Positions 9,150 through 17,604 of a DNA stretch of 64,000 nucleotides are shown here, piece after piece. The notes under the pieces were generated by a model, which did not search any database, had not been told where the DNA came from, and worked only from the letters and a program-made list of their open reading frames with translations. The position numbers were made by a program, and so were the translations under genes. The DNA is from Fidelibacterota bacterium (lineage in GTDB: Bacteria; Fidelibacterota; UBA8477; JABMPR01): assembly GCA_024278595.1 (NCBI GenBank), contig JAJRSW010000053.1, positions 4,488 to 68,487 of the forward strand, in the 5' to 3' direction. Every line of letters begins with the position of its first letter. The first letter of the stretch is position 1.

Positions 9150-10565
9150 TTAGTCTTTTACACAACGTACAGAGTGGCCACTTTTCTTGAAAGCGAACCC
9201 GCGAGAAATACGTGACTCACTATAAATCAGTGTATGATTCCAACCATAGCCACTACTGCTCTCAGTCGCTGTCCAAAAGTACCCACTGATTGTAATGTTA
9301 CCGTAATCACCAGTAGTACCATCATAGCGATAACCTCCAGGTAACGCAGTAAAGCCACTACTATTATTTCCATTACCTCCATTATACCACCCACTGGTTG
9401 ATTTTAATTTATCACCTTCATCTGTACCGCGCCAACTGCTACCCTGATCTGCCTGCTCTTGGCTCATCCCCAGAGCCATCTCAAGCTCTTTCCACTCGTC
9501 ATCTGTGGGTACATGCCAACCTTCTGGGGCAATATTCCGACTGTCATTTAATGCATACCAGTTATACAAAGCACCATAGGTGTCTACCTCATTTTCTGCA
9601 TTATTACTATAAATACAGTAGGCTTCGGTTGTCAGGTTAGCCCAAGCAGCATTATCCGTTACATGTGTGACTTCAGTACCATCTCGATAACGGGTTACTT
9701 TTAGGTTCTCTGCCATCCATGTTTGAGTTCCTATAATAACAGTGCTGTAAACATTACCATCAATATCTGTTACTATTACTGGTGATTGAAAATCGCCAGT
9801 AACAGTTTGTGTGCCTGTCGGTCCGATCGTGATTTCAACTGCTGCTGTACCTAGTGGAACTTCATTTGGTCCAACCCATACCAAGTTAATAGTATAGTTA
9901 TTATCGGCTCCAGCTATGACGGTAACTGTTGTGTCTCCAGTATATAGCAAGTATTCCGCTCCCCACATATCTCCATAGGCATCTAACTTAATATTATGCT
10001 CTACGCCCGTACTCAGATAGTCATAGCTCAGACTTAACGTGGAACCTACTCCACTCTGTGCTTCGAAAGAAGAGTCAGCTACCAGGGCCGCATCCACCAA
10101 TAATTCACAGCGACTCACTGAATCAGCTATCCCAACAAAATTTGCCACCAACATAGAATACTTCGATGTTAATGAAAGGCTTACATCCACAGTGTTTGTT
10201 GGTACAACTGTGAAGGTGGTGGAGTCTGAATGAATGACAATATCATTTACATCCCGAGATTCTGCTTTTACGCTCCAGGAGCCTTCTACTAAGTCTGTAT
10301 AGCTGTTACTTACAATAGTCTGAGAATTGCCACTAACGGCTACTGTATCCCTGACGGTGGCTACACCATTGTTTAGTTCAATGTAGAGGTTCTCCAGGTC
10401 AATAGTGGCGGCCTTACTCAAACTACCAACATTGCTTAAATGGATAGATAGATTTACTTCACCTAAAGTCGTTATGGCTAGCGGTTCAGTAGAGTTATTA
10501 CAGCCTTGAACCAGCATTAAAATGGCACCCATAGCAAGTATTGAAGCTCTTGTGTTTTGCATCAC
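9150..10565 (-). CDS. surface lipoprotein with C-terminal Fibrobacter succinogenes major paralogous domain (Fib_succ_major)
   Basis: Lipoprotein signal (AILMLVQGCNN). The C-terminal ~190 aa carry the hallmark motifs of the domain: TQTWMAENLKV, ALYNWYA, EGWHVPTDDEW, GFTALPGG, FWTATE, and the terminal SGHSVRCVKD. Confidence 0.65.
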   Translation of the reverse strand: MMQNTRASILAMGAILMLVQGCNNSTEPLAITTLGEVNLSIHLSNVGSLSKAATIDLENLYIELNNGVATVRDTVAVSGNSQTIVSNSYTDLVEGSWSVKAESRDVNDIVIHSDSTTFTVVPTNTVDVSLSLTSKYSMLVANFVGIADSVSRCELLVDAALVADSSFEAQSGVGSTLSLSYDYLSTGVEHNIKLDAYGDMWGAEYLLYTGDTTVTVIAGADNNYTINLVWVGPNEVPLGTAAVEITIGPTGTQTVTGDFQSPVIVTDIDGNVYSTVIIGTQTWMAENLKVTRYRDGTEVTHVTDNAAWANLTTEAYCIYSNNAENEVDTYGALYNWYALNDSRNIAPEGWHVPTDDEWKELEMALGMSQEQADQGSSWRGTDEGDKLKSTSGWYNGGNGNNSSGFTALPGGYRYDGTTGDYGNITISGYFWTATESSSGYGWNHTLIYSESRISRGFAFKKSGHSVRCVKD

Positions 10566-11254
10566 TTCCCCTTTAGGATAAAATATTGATTAAGCAGCTC
10601 TGAGAATCAGTGGGAATAGATACTATTTGAAGTTCTGTAAAGAAGTGCGGCTAAGATAATGCAATGACTGTCTACTGGCAAGCATTTCTACCATTCACAT
10701 TGAGAACAAGGATTTATTAGGGACTTGATAAACCCGCTCCAAGTGGTATCACATTGGAGTGCGGGGGCATTAAACGCAGTACCCTGTAAGTCGTCAAAGT
10801 AATTCGCACAAGTTCGCTTAAAAAATAAGAGACACTTTCCGGGCATCCAACATATTAAGCAAACATCTCTTGGCTTTTGCTTAGCAATGACCTGGTTATA
10901 TTTGCTATATACCGTCACTTCTAACCAGCCCTTACTTATTATTTATATGCGACTTATACTCATAGGCTTCGACTCTCCGAGATAGACTCAAACCGTTCTA
11001 TTTCCAAAAATAGAAAAACCTTCTATCTTTTACAATGATTCTTGTAAAACTCTAGCGGACAGAGACTTCCAGTTACAAGCAGAAATATTCTCAGAACCAG
11101 AGAAAAAGAGAAAATTGGGCTATTTATTGGGATAAACGGGAATAATGTATGCGGTGTTTACGGCGTTTCAAACTGTTGGTGCACCAGGATATCTTTAAAA
11201 TGTACGGCTGCATCATTTTGTTATTACGATAGTTACAGGCCTGCTCCTATAAAT

Positions 11255-11297
11255 AGAATAGCCCCCAGGAACCGAAGTTCCCAAGGGCTTGGGGGGG
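11255..11297 (-). terminator. terminator hairpin downstream of tRNA-Val
   Basis: Minus-strand GGAAC-UUCG-GUUCC hairpin (UUCG tetraloop, extended by flanking G/C pairs) followed by a U-rich tract. Confidence 0.4.
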
Positions 11298-11372
11298 TGG
11301 GCGCTGAGGGAGTCGAACCCCCGACCCCCTGCTTGTAAGGCAGGTGTTCTAAACCAACTGAACTAAGCGCCC
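11298..11372 (-). tRNA. tRNA-Val (anticodon TAC)
   Basis: Manual cloverleaf on the minus strand: acceptor GGGCGCT/AGCGCCC, D-arm GTTC..GAAC, anticodon stem CCTGC/GCAGG with loop CTTACAA (anticodon TAC), T-arm GGGGG-TTCGACT-CCCTC, discriminator A. CCA is not encoded. Confidence 0.85.
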
Positions 11373-11965
11373 CGCTTTTCAAGAGCCTATCCAATCGAAT
11401 AGACGGAGCGAATATACATGGTCCAATAGGCCTTGCAAATTATTTCTTGAGCTGTTTTTACTCTCGATTTTCTTCCCATTTAACTCCTGACTCCCTGACC
11501 CCCTTGAACTGGGTCTGACAGTACCTTTTCAGGGAAATAAATCTTTCATGAAAGTCTAAATCCAGGGTTGCAGATGAAAAATAATGCCGGAAATCAAGTC
11601 TCTCAGATCACTCTAAGATTTCCAGTCACTATTCCAAATCGATGTACACTTGCCTCTAAATCATGATCCCCGAGCGGGAGCCTGATTGTCTGCCTGTTGA
11701 TCACGTATTTGGTCAAGCTGATCTTCGAGAAAATTCAATGGTACAGTGCTTTTGGTACTATCGAGTATTGTTAATTCCCTGGATTCCTCCATCCTTTTAC
11801 CTGTGCCATCCGACTGCCACGGCATAGCTGGAAAGGATGCGAAGTGGTTAAAAAAATTAATTCTGGCCAGATGTGAATCTCAACTACTTGGATTCACCCC
11901 AAACGCATCATTTTATTATTGCTATCTGATCCAAGTGACAGGTTATTTTGCTGGGAATGAATCGA

Positions 11966-13156
11966 TTAATCAACAGCGTCCTGCTTTAGAATTGATGCGG
12001 TTAAAGGTCGGTAGTATTGCCAAAAGAATGATCTGGTATCCAAAACATTCCTGCTATTATACAAAAAAGATTGGAACCAGTGGATCCACTTGAAATAAGC
12101 ACTGACTGGTGTTATCTCATTCCGGGAAAAATCTCCTGCAAAATAGTAAAAGCGATAGTCCGGACCCTCATGAGCCAAAACAGCCGGAAAAACAGGTGAA
12201 AGATCCTGAGCCGCCAGTACGGAATCACCGGCTTCGGTGACCGGCAAATGGAAAGTTGAAACCACAGTATTCTCACGAGTAGGTGAAAAAACCATATCAA
12301 ACCAGGATATATAATTGACTTCAGCAGGAACATGAAACTTTTCCTGGTAAAAAGGACGAGTCTGAATGACCGGAACCTTGCGTTCTAACAAAGATCCACT
12401 CTCCAAAATGATGATATCATCATTAGAACTCACCAACACCAGCCCTGATTGGATATAGGGCCAGGATTTTCCGGTCTGCTTCCGATGAAGATCAAATATC
12501 CAAGCTGGTACTCCGGCTCCCTTGGTGGAATCCAACGAATCAAAATAACGACCGCTCCATCCTGTCCATAGCAGACCGAATTCCTTCAGGAAACGCCTGC
12601 GAGCATTTGGAGGGGTTGATTCACCTAAAATATTAAATTCCGCAATAATCAGTTTTTCTCTGACTTTCATAGCTTCAAGCAAATCCAGATCCCGTTCATA
12701 AAGCCCACCATATAATAAGCGATTGGGCGTCTGCGGTTGAGCAAAGAAATCGTTGTAATAAACACCGTACGTATCAGCAAAATAAACAGCATCTATAGTT
12801 TCAGCTAAACTGTCCACAGCACTTTTTGAATAATTACTGATATCTTTTATTAAATAATTATCAGCCGCCAGGGGATAAAAACCGTAGTAATCACAGCCCC
12901 TGGAATATTTATTCCCATCTGATTTGGTGATCTTTTCATTGTTCAAGACCCAGAATAAGGATAGTTGGTTTTGTGAATCACTATCAGGCACTGACTTATT
13001 CAGCACAAAGATATCCATTGGGAAATCCGGTGTCGCAAACCAACTCAGCACCATTATTACTGGCGTCACTATTAAGCTAAAGACCAGGTAACGAAGCAGT
13101 CTTACCTCAAACGGCTGTTTGATATATTTAATGAGTTTTCTGGTTTTCACCCGCAT
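11966..13156 (-). CDS. membrane-anchored periplasmic protein of unknown function (last gene of the EPS operon)
   Basis: Single N-terminal TM/signal anchor (LVFSLIVTPVIMVLSWF) and a large Trp/Tyr-rich soluble domain with no motif I recognise. It follows the TPR-porin gene after a 9-bp gap. Confidence 0.55.
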   Translation of the reverse strand: MRVKTRKLIKYIKQPFEVRLLRYLVFSLIVTPVIMVLSWFATPDFPMDIFVLNKSVPDSDSQNQLSLFWVLNNEKITKSDGNKYSRGCDYYGFYPLAADNYLIKDISNYSKSAVDSLAETIDAVYFADTYGVYYNDFFAQPQTPNRLLYGGLYERDLDLLEAMKVREKLIIAEFNILGESTPPNARRRFLKEFGLLWTGWSGRYFDSLDSTKGAGVPAWIFDLHRKQTGKSWPYIQSGLVLVSSNDDIIILESGSLLERKVPVIQTRPFYQEKFHVPAEVNYISWFDMVFSPTRENTVVSTFHLPVTEAGDSVLAAQDLSPVFPAVLAHEGPDYRFYYFAGDFSRNEITPVSAYFKWIHWFQSFLYNSRNVLDTRSFFWQYYRPLTASILKQDAVD

Positions 13157-13165
13157 ATTCGATCC

Positions 13166-14683
13166 TTAGAATCGGCGGGAATAGGAAATGTAGAACCCCG
13201 TATCACCTCGGTATGCCGCTTTACGCACTTCCACATTGGCAAAGCTGAGAACACTTTTGATCAGGTTCAAGTCATCCAGTTTCCACTGATAGGTCATGTT
13301 CAAATGGCGAGAGCTAAGATAACTGACTTCCACGGCTCCCAGACTAATATCAGGCGACTCTCCCTGCCCGAAACTAAGCTCCAGGTATGTCTCTGCATCC
13401 CTGATATATCGTCGGCACTGGAAATTCCAGGCTCTGGAAAATGATACCTCCTGGGGTGTCAGGAAGCTACGGATGCTAAACCAGTAGCTCCGCCAATACT
13501 TACTTGCGGATCCAGTAAAAATATTCAGGTCAAGAGCCTCTAAATGCACAGACCGATAACCTGCAGATACTTCAAATGCCTGGGGCAGAACTTGAAACAC
13601 CTCGGCTCCAGTTCTGTAGCTTGGGAAAAGTTGGGTCCCGGAATAGCCCAAAGCAAGATAGGCATAGGTACCTTTTCTGATTGTCGGGTATGATTCCAAC
13701 TCAAACTGCATCCCTGACTGCCCGAAACGGCGGGCAAAATTGAACCGGGCAATGACAGGTCCAAAGCTCAATCTTTGTTCAAGCTCGATTCTTAATTGAT
13801 GCCAGGGCTCAAGCGTGGTCCGGCCCACCAACACCTGCCATGGTGTCCTGGTACCAGCCAACCTGTTATAGCTGTATCCTATGCTTACCTTTCTAGCACG
13901 CCCCTGTCGAGATAGGTCGGCCAGTATTGCAGTCGCTTTAGCATGACCAGGATCCTGCTTTAGCACTTGTTGAAACGCTAATTGAGACGCTTTAAACTGC
14001 TCCAGCTTAAGTAAACATACTCCTCGTTTATAAATAAATTCCGTATTTAGCGGATTTAGTTGAAGACCTTGTTCCAGTAGCTCAAGCGCTGCTACATAGT
14101 TTCCACTCCAGATATAGACATCAGCCAATGCGCTGCGGGCATCTTCGAAATAGATCTGTTCATCCAATACGCGATGGAGTTGCACAGCAGCACTATCATA
14201 TTGCCCTTCCCAGGCATATAAACGACCCAGGAAGATACGGGTTTCATAATGATCAGTTGTCAGGTCAAGACCCCGCTGGCAAATGCGGATGGCCAGTTGA
14301 TTATTCTTTTCAACAAAGGCCACTTCTCGAGCATATTGGTAAAGAGAATCTGAATTGTTATTCAGTCGATAATCTCTAAAAATACTACTCTCAGCCAAGC
14401 TAACCTTCTGGGCCGTACTGTCCCCTTCGCCCATTTCTGCAAAACAGGGTATTACAATAAATATGACAGCTAATAACCGAATGAATTTTATAGTGCCGTG
14501 CTTCGAGAACACTTCAACGAGCCCAGTGTGGCACCTCAGCCCGTGGAACATCCCGCCACCGATGGGGACCTGCTTGAGGATGGCCGCCCTGCGGTAGTCA
14601 CTGAGCACGGCTGAAGTGCTCTTGAAGGGTTTGAAAGCAAAATTATACACCAATGACCTCATATCAATCATCAACTTCCTCAT
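13166..14683 (-). CDS. TPR-repeat plus C-terminal beta-barrel outer-membrane protein (PgaA/BcsC/PelB-like exopolysaccharide export porin). True start probably an internal Met near 14554.
   Basis: Internal signal peptide (KFIRLLAVIFIVIPCFA), multiple TPR-like repeats (YYQYAREVAF.., LYAWEGQYDSA.., AKATAILADL..), then an amphipathic beta-strand-rich C-terminal half ending in an aromatic residue. ATGA overlap with the GT2 stop. Confidence 0.55.
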   Translation of the reverse strand: MRKLMIDMRSLVYNFAFKPFKSTSAVLSDYRRAAILKQVPIGGGMFHGLRCHTGLVEVFSKHGTIKFIRLLAVIFIVIPCFAEMGEGDSTAQKVSLAESSIFRDYRLNNNSDSLYQYAREVAFVEKNNQLAIRICQRGLDLTTDHYETRIFLGRLYAWEGQYDSAAVQLHRVLDEQIYFEDARSALADVYIWSGNYVAALELLEQGLQLNPLNTEFIYKRGVCLLKLEQFKASQLAFQQVLKQDPGHAKATAILADLSRQGRARKVSIGYSYNRLAGTRTPWQVLVGRTTLEPWHQLRIELEQRLSFGPVIARFNFARRFGQSGMQFELESYPTIRKGTYAYLALGYSGTQLFPSYRTGAEVFQVLPQAFEVSAGYRSVHLEALDLNIFTGSASKYWRSYWFSIRSFLTPQEVSFSRAWNFQCRRYIRDAETYLELSFGQGESPDISLGAVEVSYLSSRHLNMTYQWKLDDLNLIKSVLSFANVEVRKAAYRGDTGFYISYSRRF

Positions 14684-16113
14684 TTTCCACCCTTCGGTGA
14701 AGTAACAAATCCTTTACGTTCCATTTTACCCCAGCCTTCTACTTTGCGCAGTGCAGAAATAAATCCGTGGATACGCCAATATATTGTTAATTGTCTGTAA
14801 CCAAAATTTTCAATGATCGCCAGCATGAAAAGTTTCAGTAGATCAGTAAACCGCGGGTAGCGTCTAAAGGTCATTTCCTCCAGGGCCACCGAGAATATGG
14901 ACAGAGCAACACCGAACATAAATGCGGCCATAAAAAAGGCTATTATGTAAGAAGTTGAAACCGTACCCCAGATGACAGAGATAAGAAATACAAAATATCC
15001 GGGAAGCTCAATCGCTGGCCCAAGCATCTCCAATAAATAAAAATAAGGGAATGCTACCAGGCCAATTCGACCATAGCGGGGATTCATAAACATCACTCGA
15101 TGACGTGTGAGTACTTCAAACAGTCCTCGTTGCCATCGGTCCCGTTGGCGGCCTAATATTTTTATCGATTCCGGACATTCTGTCCAGGCTACAGGATCAG
15201 GAACAAAGGAAATATTATATGGAATTTTATTCTCCAGGAAATGACGGTGAAGCTTCACTACCAATTCCATATCCTCTCCCACTGTATCAGTGGCATAGCC
15301 GCCTACATCAACAACTGCGGAACGCTTGAATACACCAAAGGCTCCTGAGATAATCAGCGTTGATTTCAAGGCACTCCAGCCCATCCGACCTGAGAGGAAG
15401 GCTCTGAGATATTCAAGTACCTGATATTTAGCCAGCAAATTCCGCGGCAAACGAATCTCCTCCACAGAACCCGACCTAATGGTACAATCATTCACAATAC
15501 GAATAATGCCACCCGCTGCCAGGGTGCTGGCATCCTCAAGAAAAGGTCTTACAATTCTGATCAAGGCATCCCGCTCAAGCAGGGTATCGGCATCCATGGC
15601 ACAAAATAGAGGTGTACTGCAAAAGTTTACTCCACCATTGAGAGCATCTGCTTTTCCACCATTTTCCTTATCCAATAACCACAGATTGGGTTGATATTTA
15701 GACCTGTATACCCCGCGCACTTTGGCTGACTTCAGTTTTGATAAGGCTGACCGTTGGGCCGGTTCCATATCAAAAGCCTCAATGAGAACTTCAAGTGTGC
15801 TATCTTTTGAGCCATCATTGATAATGATAACTTCATATTCCGGATAATTAAGCGCCAGGAGCGCTTTCGTCGATTCAATACAGGTCGCTTCTTCATTGTA
15901 GGCTGGAGCCAGCAAGGTCACAGGAGGCACACCTGCCTTGGCAATCAGTGCATTGAGATCAACCGCCTTCATGCGGCGGGCATAGGTTCTAAGTGCAAAA
16001 AAAGCAAATATGGTCGTGGTTAGATAAAAGAAGTTAAGTGCCAGAAAATAGAATAACACAAGATAGTTAAAACTTTCTAGGATGATCTGGATTATGCGAA
16101 TTAGAACTGTCAT
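14680..16113 (-). CDS. processive family-2 glycosyltransferase (PgaC/IcaA/NodC/BcsA-like polysaccharide synthase)
   Basis: N-terminal TM helices, a GT-A core with DGS (NDGSKDST), DAD (AMDADT) and Q/RxxRW (QRDRWQRG) motifs, and C-terminal TM helices. No PilZ domain. Confidence 0.8.
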   Translation of the reverse strand: MTVLIRIIQIILESFNYLVLFYFLALNFFYLTTTIFAFFALRTYARRMKAVDLNALIAKAGVPPVTLLAPAYNEEATCIESTKALLALNYPEYEVIIINDGSKDSTLEVLIEAFDMEPAQRSALSKLKSAKVRGVYRSKYQPNLWLLDKENGGKADALNGGVNFCSTPLFCAMDADTLLERDALIRIVRPFLEDASTLAAGGIIRIVNDCTIRSGSVEEIRLPRNLLAKYQVLEYLRAFLSGRMGWSALKSTLIISGAFGVFKRSAVVDVGGYATDTVGEDMELVVKLHRHFLENKIPYNISFVPDPVAWTECPESIKILGRQRDRWQRGLFEVLTRHRVMFMNPRYGRIGLVAFPYFYLLEMLGPAIELPGYFVFLISVIWGTVSTSYIIAFFMAAFMFGVALSIFSVALEEMTFRRYPRFTDLLKLFMLAIIENFGYRQLTIYWRIHGFISALRKVEGWGKMERKGFVTSPKGGK

Positions 16114-16115
16114 TA

Positions 16116-17210
16116 TTATTTCTCAGCCAAGACCTGACGAATAATAGCAGCTCGGGAATGCTCAGATTGGAGAGCCGCTTCAAGCAGATCCCTTCTTTGA
16201 AGCTGGTTCAAGGTTCTCGCCGCATGGAGAGCGACCCACGTTGATTTATCATCCAGAGCTTGGGTGATGATAGCACCATCATCCTGGTTCCCAATTTGCC
16301 CCAGAGCATGAAGTGCGTGGATCCGGACAATAAAATGTGGGGACTTTAAATGGTCTATTATTATTGCCCGGTGGCGCGGAATCCCAACTTGCCCCAGTAA
16401 GCGGAGCAAAGCGGCCTGGAGTTCAGAATCGATTCCATTTCCCAGCAATTCAGCAGCCACATTTCCTGATTCAAGATCACCAATGCTACGGAGAGCCTCG
16501 GTACAAGCAATGCGCACCCGATTGCTTTCTTCAGAGCTGGATAATGTCTTTCGCAAATCCGGCGCGGCTCCACTGCCCATTTCTGTTAACATGGATGATA
16601 AAAAATTCATACTCCACTGATCAAACATACTGAGCACCGGCAAAATCACCTTACAGTGCTGGGGATATTCAGGTCTGGCGAGTGCCCGGGCTGCACTCAT
16701 GGTTACAATGGGTGATGGATCCTTTAGGGCTGATTTAATAGCCTCGATGTATTGTGGGAATCCAAAGGTCCCCAGGATATTTACATTCCGGGCTCTTAAT
16801 TCCGGATAACCACCTTTTAACCCCTTGGCGAATCGTGCCAGATATGGCTGGGCCAAAGCTTTGACCAGCTTGAGTTCGTGGCCCTGTAGGCGTTCAGCAA
16901 ACCGATGTAAATATCTTACGAAAAAAAGTTGGTTGTGTCGACTAACTTTGATGGCCGGAGGTTTGTCATCTTCATCCGACATAACTATGGTGATCAAGAT
17001 TTTCTCCCAGGTAGATTCCAACTTTTTTAATCGGGATGCTCGCAAATTATTTTTTATGCGCAAGATCATAACACCGGTTGATAGAATAATGGTCAGGGCC
17101 AGGATGATAAAAATGGCCATAATGATAATTTGCATGGCCAGTGCTTCACTGGGTATTTCCAGATAGTAGAGTTGTGCTTTCTCCCATAACAGATTTATCT
17201 GATTCAGCAT
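16116..17210 (-). CDS. HEAT-repeat (PBS-lyase type) inner-membrane protein
   Basis: N-terminal TM helix (IIIMAIFIILALTIILSTGVMIL) followed by at least five HEAT/PBS-lyase-like repeats (..SPIVTMSAARALARP.., NRVRIACTEALRSIGD, PHFIVRIHALHALGQIG, KSTWVALHAARTLNQL). Start placed at Met MLNQ to avoid overlapping the REC gene. 2-bp gap to the GT2 gene. Confidence 0.6.
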   Translation of the reverse strand: MLNQINLLWEKAQLYYLEIPSEALAMQIIIMAIFIILALTIILSTGVMILRIKNNLRASRLKKLESTWEKILITIVMSDEDDKPPAIKVSRHNQLFFVRYLHRFAERLQGHELKLVKALAQPYLARFAKGLKGGYPELRARNVNILGTFGFPQYIEAIKSALKDPSPIVTMSAARALARPEYPQHCKVILPVLSMFDQWSMNFLSSMLTEMGSGAAPDLRKTLSSSEESNRVRIACTEALRSIGDLESGNVAAELLGNGIDSELQAALLRLLGQVGIPRHRAIIIDHLKSPHFIVRIHALHALGQIGNQDDGAIITQALDDKSTWVALHAARTLNQLQRRDLLEAALQSEHSRAAIIRQVLAEK

Positions 17211-17235
17211 CAGTCGAAATTGCTGGAGAATTGCA

Positions 17236-17604
17236 TCAAGACTCAAGACAAGTCTCCAGAGTCCTGAAAAAATGAGCCGGGTCAAACGGTTTATGCAGAA
17301 CTGCCAGTGCCCCAGCTTTCTTAAACTGCTGTTCAAGATCAGGGTCTTTGCGTGCCGTAAGAATCACTACCTGGGTGGCTTGTAGTAAAGATTCATCCTG
17401 CAACTGCTGTAACAAATCCAGCCCTTTTGCATCAGGCAGGAGATAGTCAAGCAGCAATACGTTGATATCTCCCCGTGTGAGACTTGCCCACCCTGCTGAT
17501 GCAGTTTCTGCTTCTAGCACGGTGTAGCGTCCAGACCTCTCTAGAATCATTTTAACGATGAATCTAATATCCTCATCATCATCAATGATTAACAGCTTTT
17601 TCAT
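17236..17604 (-). CDS. single-domain response regulator (CheY-like receiver)
   Basis: MKKLLIIDDDEDIRFIVKMILE...LLLDYLLPDAKG..ILTARKD. REC domain only, 122 aa. 4-nt overlap with the upstream GGDEF gene. Confidence 0.8.
   Translation of the reverse strand: MKKLLIIDDDEDIRFIVKMILERSGRYTVLEAETASAGWASLTRGDINVLLLDYLLPDAKGLDLLQQLQDESLLQATQVVILTARKDPDLEQQFKKAGALAVLHKPFDPAHFFRTLETCLES

Noticed and set aside
9150-10565. Diversity-generating retroelement target (variable C-terminal lectin-like domain)
   Set aside because: No reverse transcriptase gene and no template-repeat copy of the 3' end of this gene anywhere in the window.
10688-10918. 76-aa minus-strand ORF in the spacer between the lipoprotein gene and tRNA-Val
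   Set aside because: No RBS, Cys/Trp-rich odd composition, and it lies in what looks like promoter/leader DNA. Not supported.
11291-11297. G7 homopolymer abutting the tRNA-Val 3' end
   Set aside because: It corresponds to CCCCCCC after the discriminator base on the tRNA strand and is not an encoded CCA. The tRNA simply lacks a genomic CCA, and the run is part of the downstream terminator region.
11746-12093. 115-aa plus-strand ORF overlapping the 3' end of the EPS-operon terminal gene
   Set aside because: It overlaps a better-supported minus-strand CDS, has low-complexity composition and no start context. Probably spurious.
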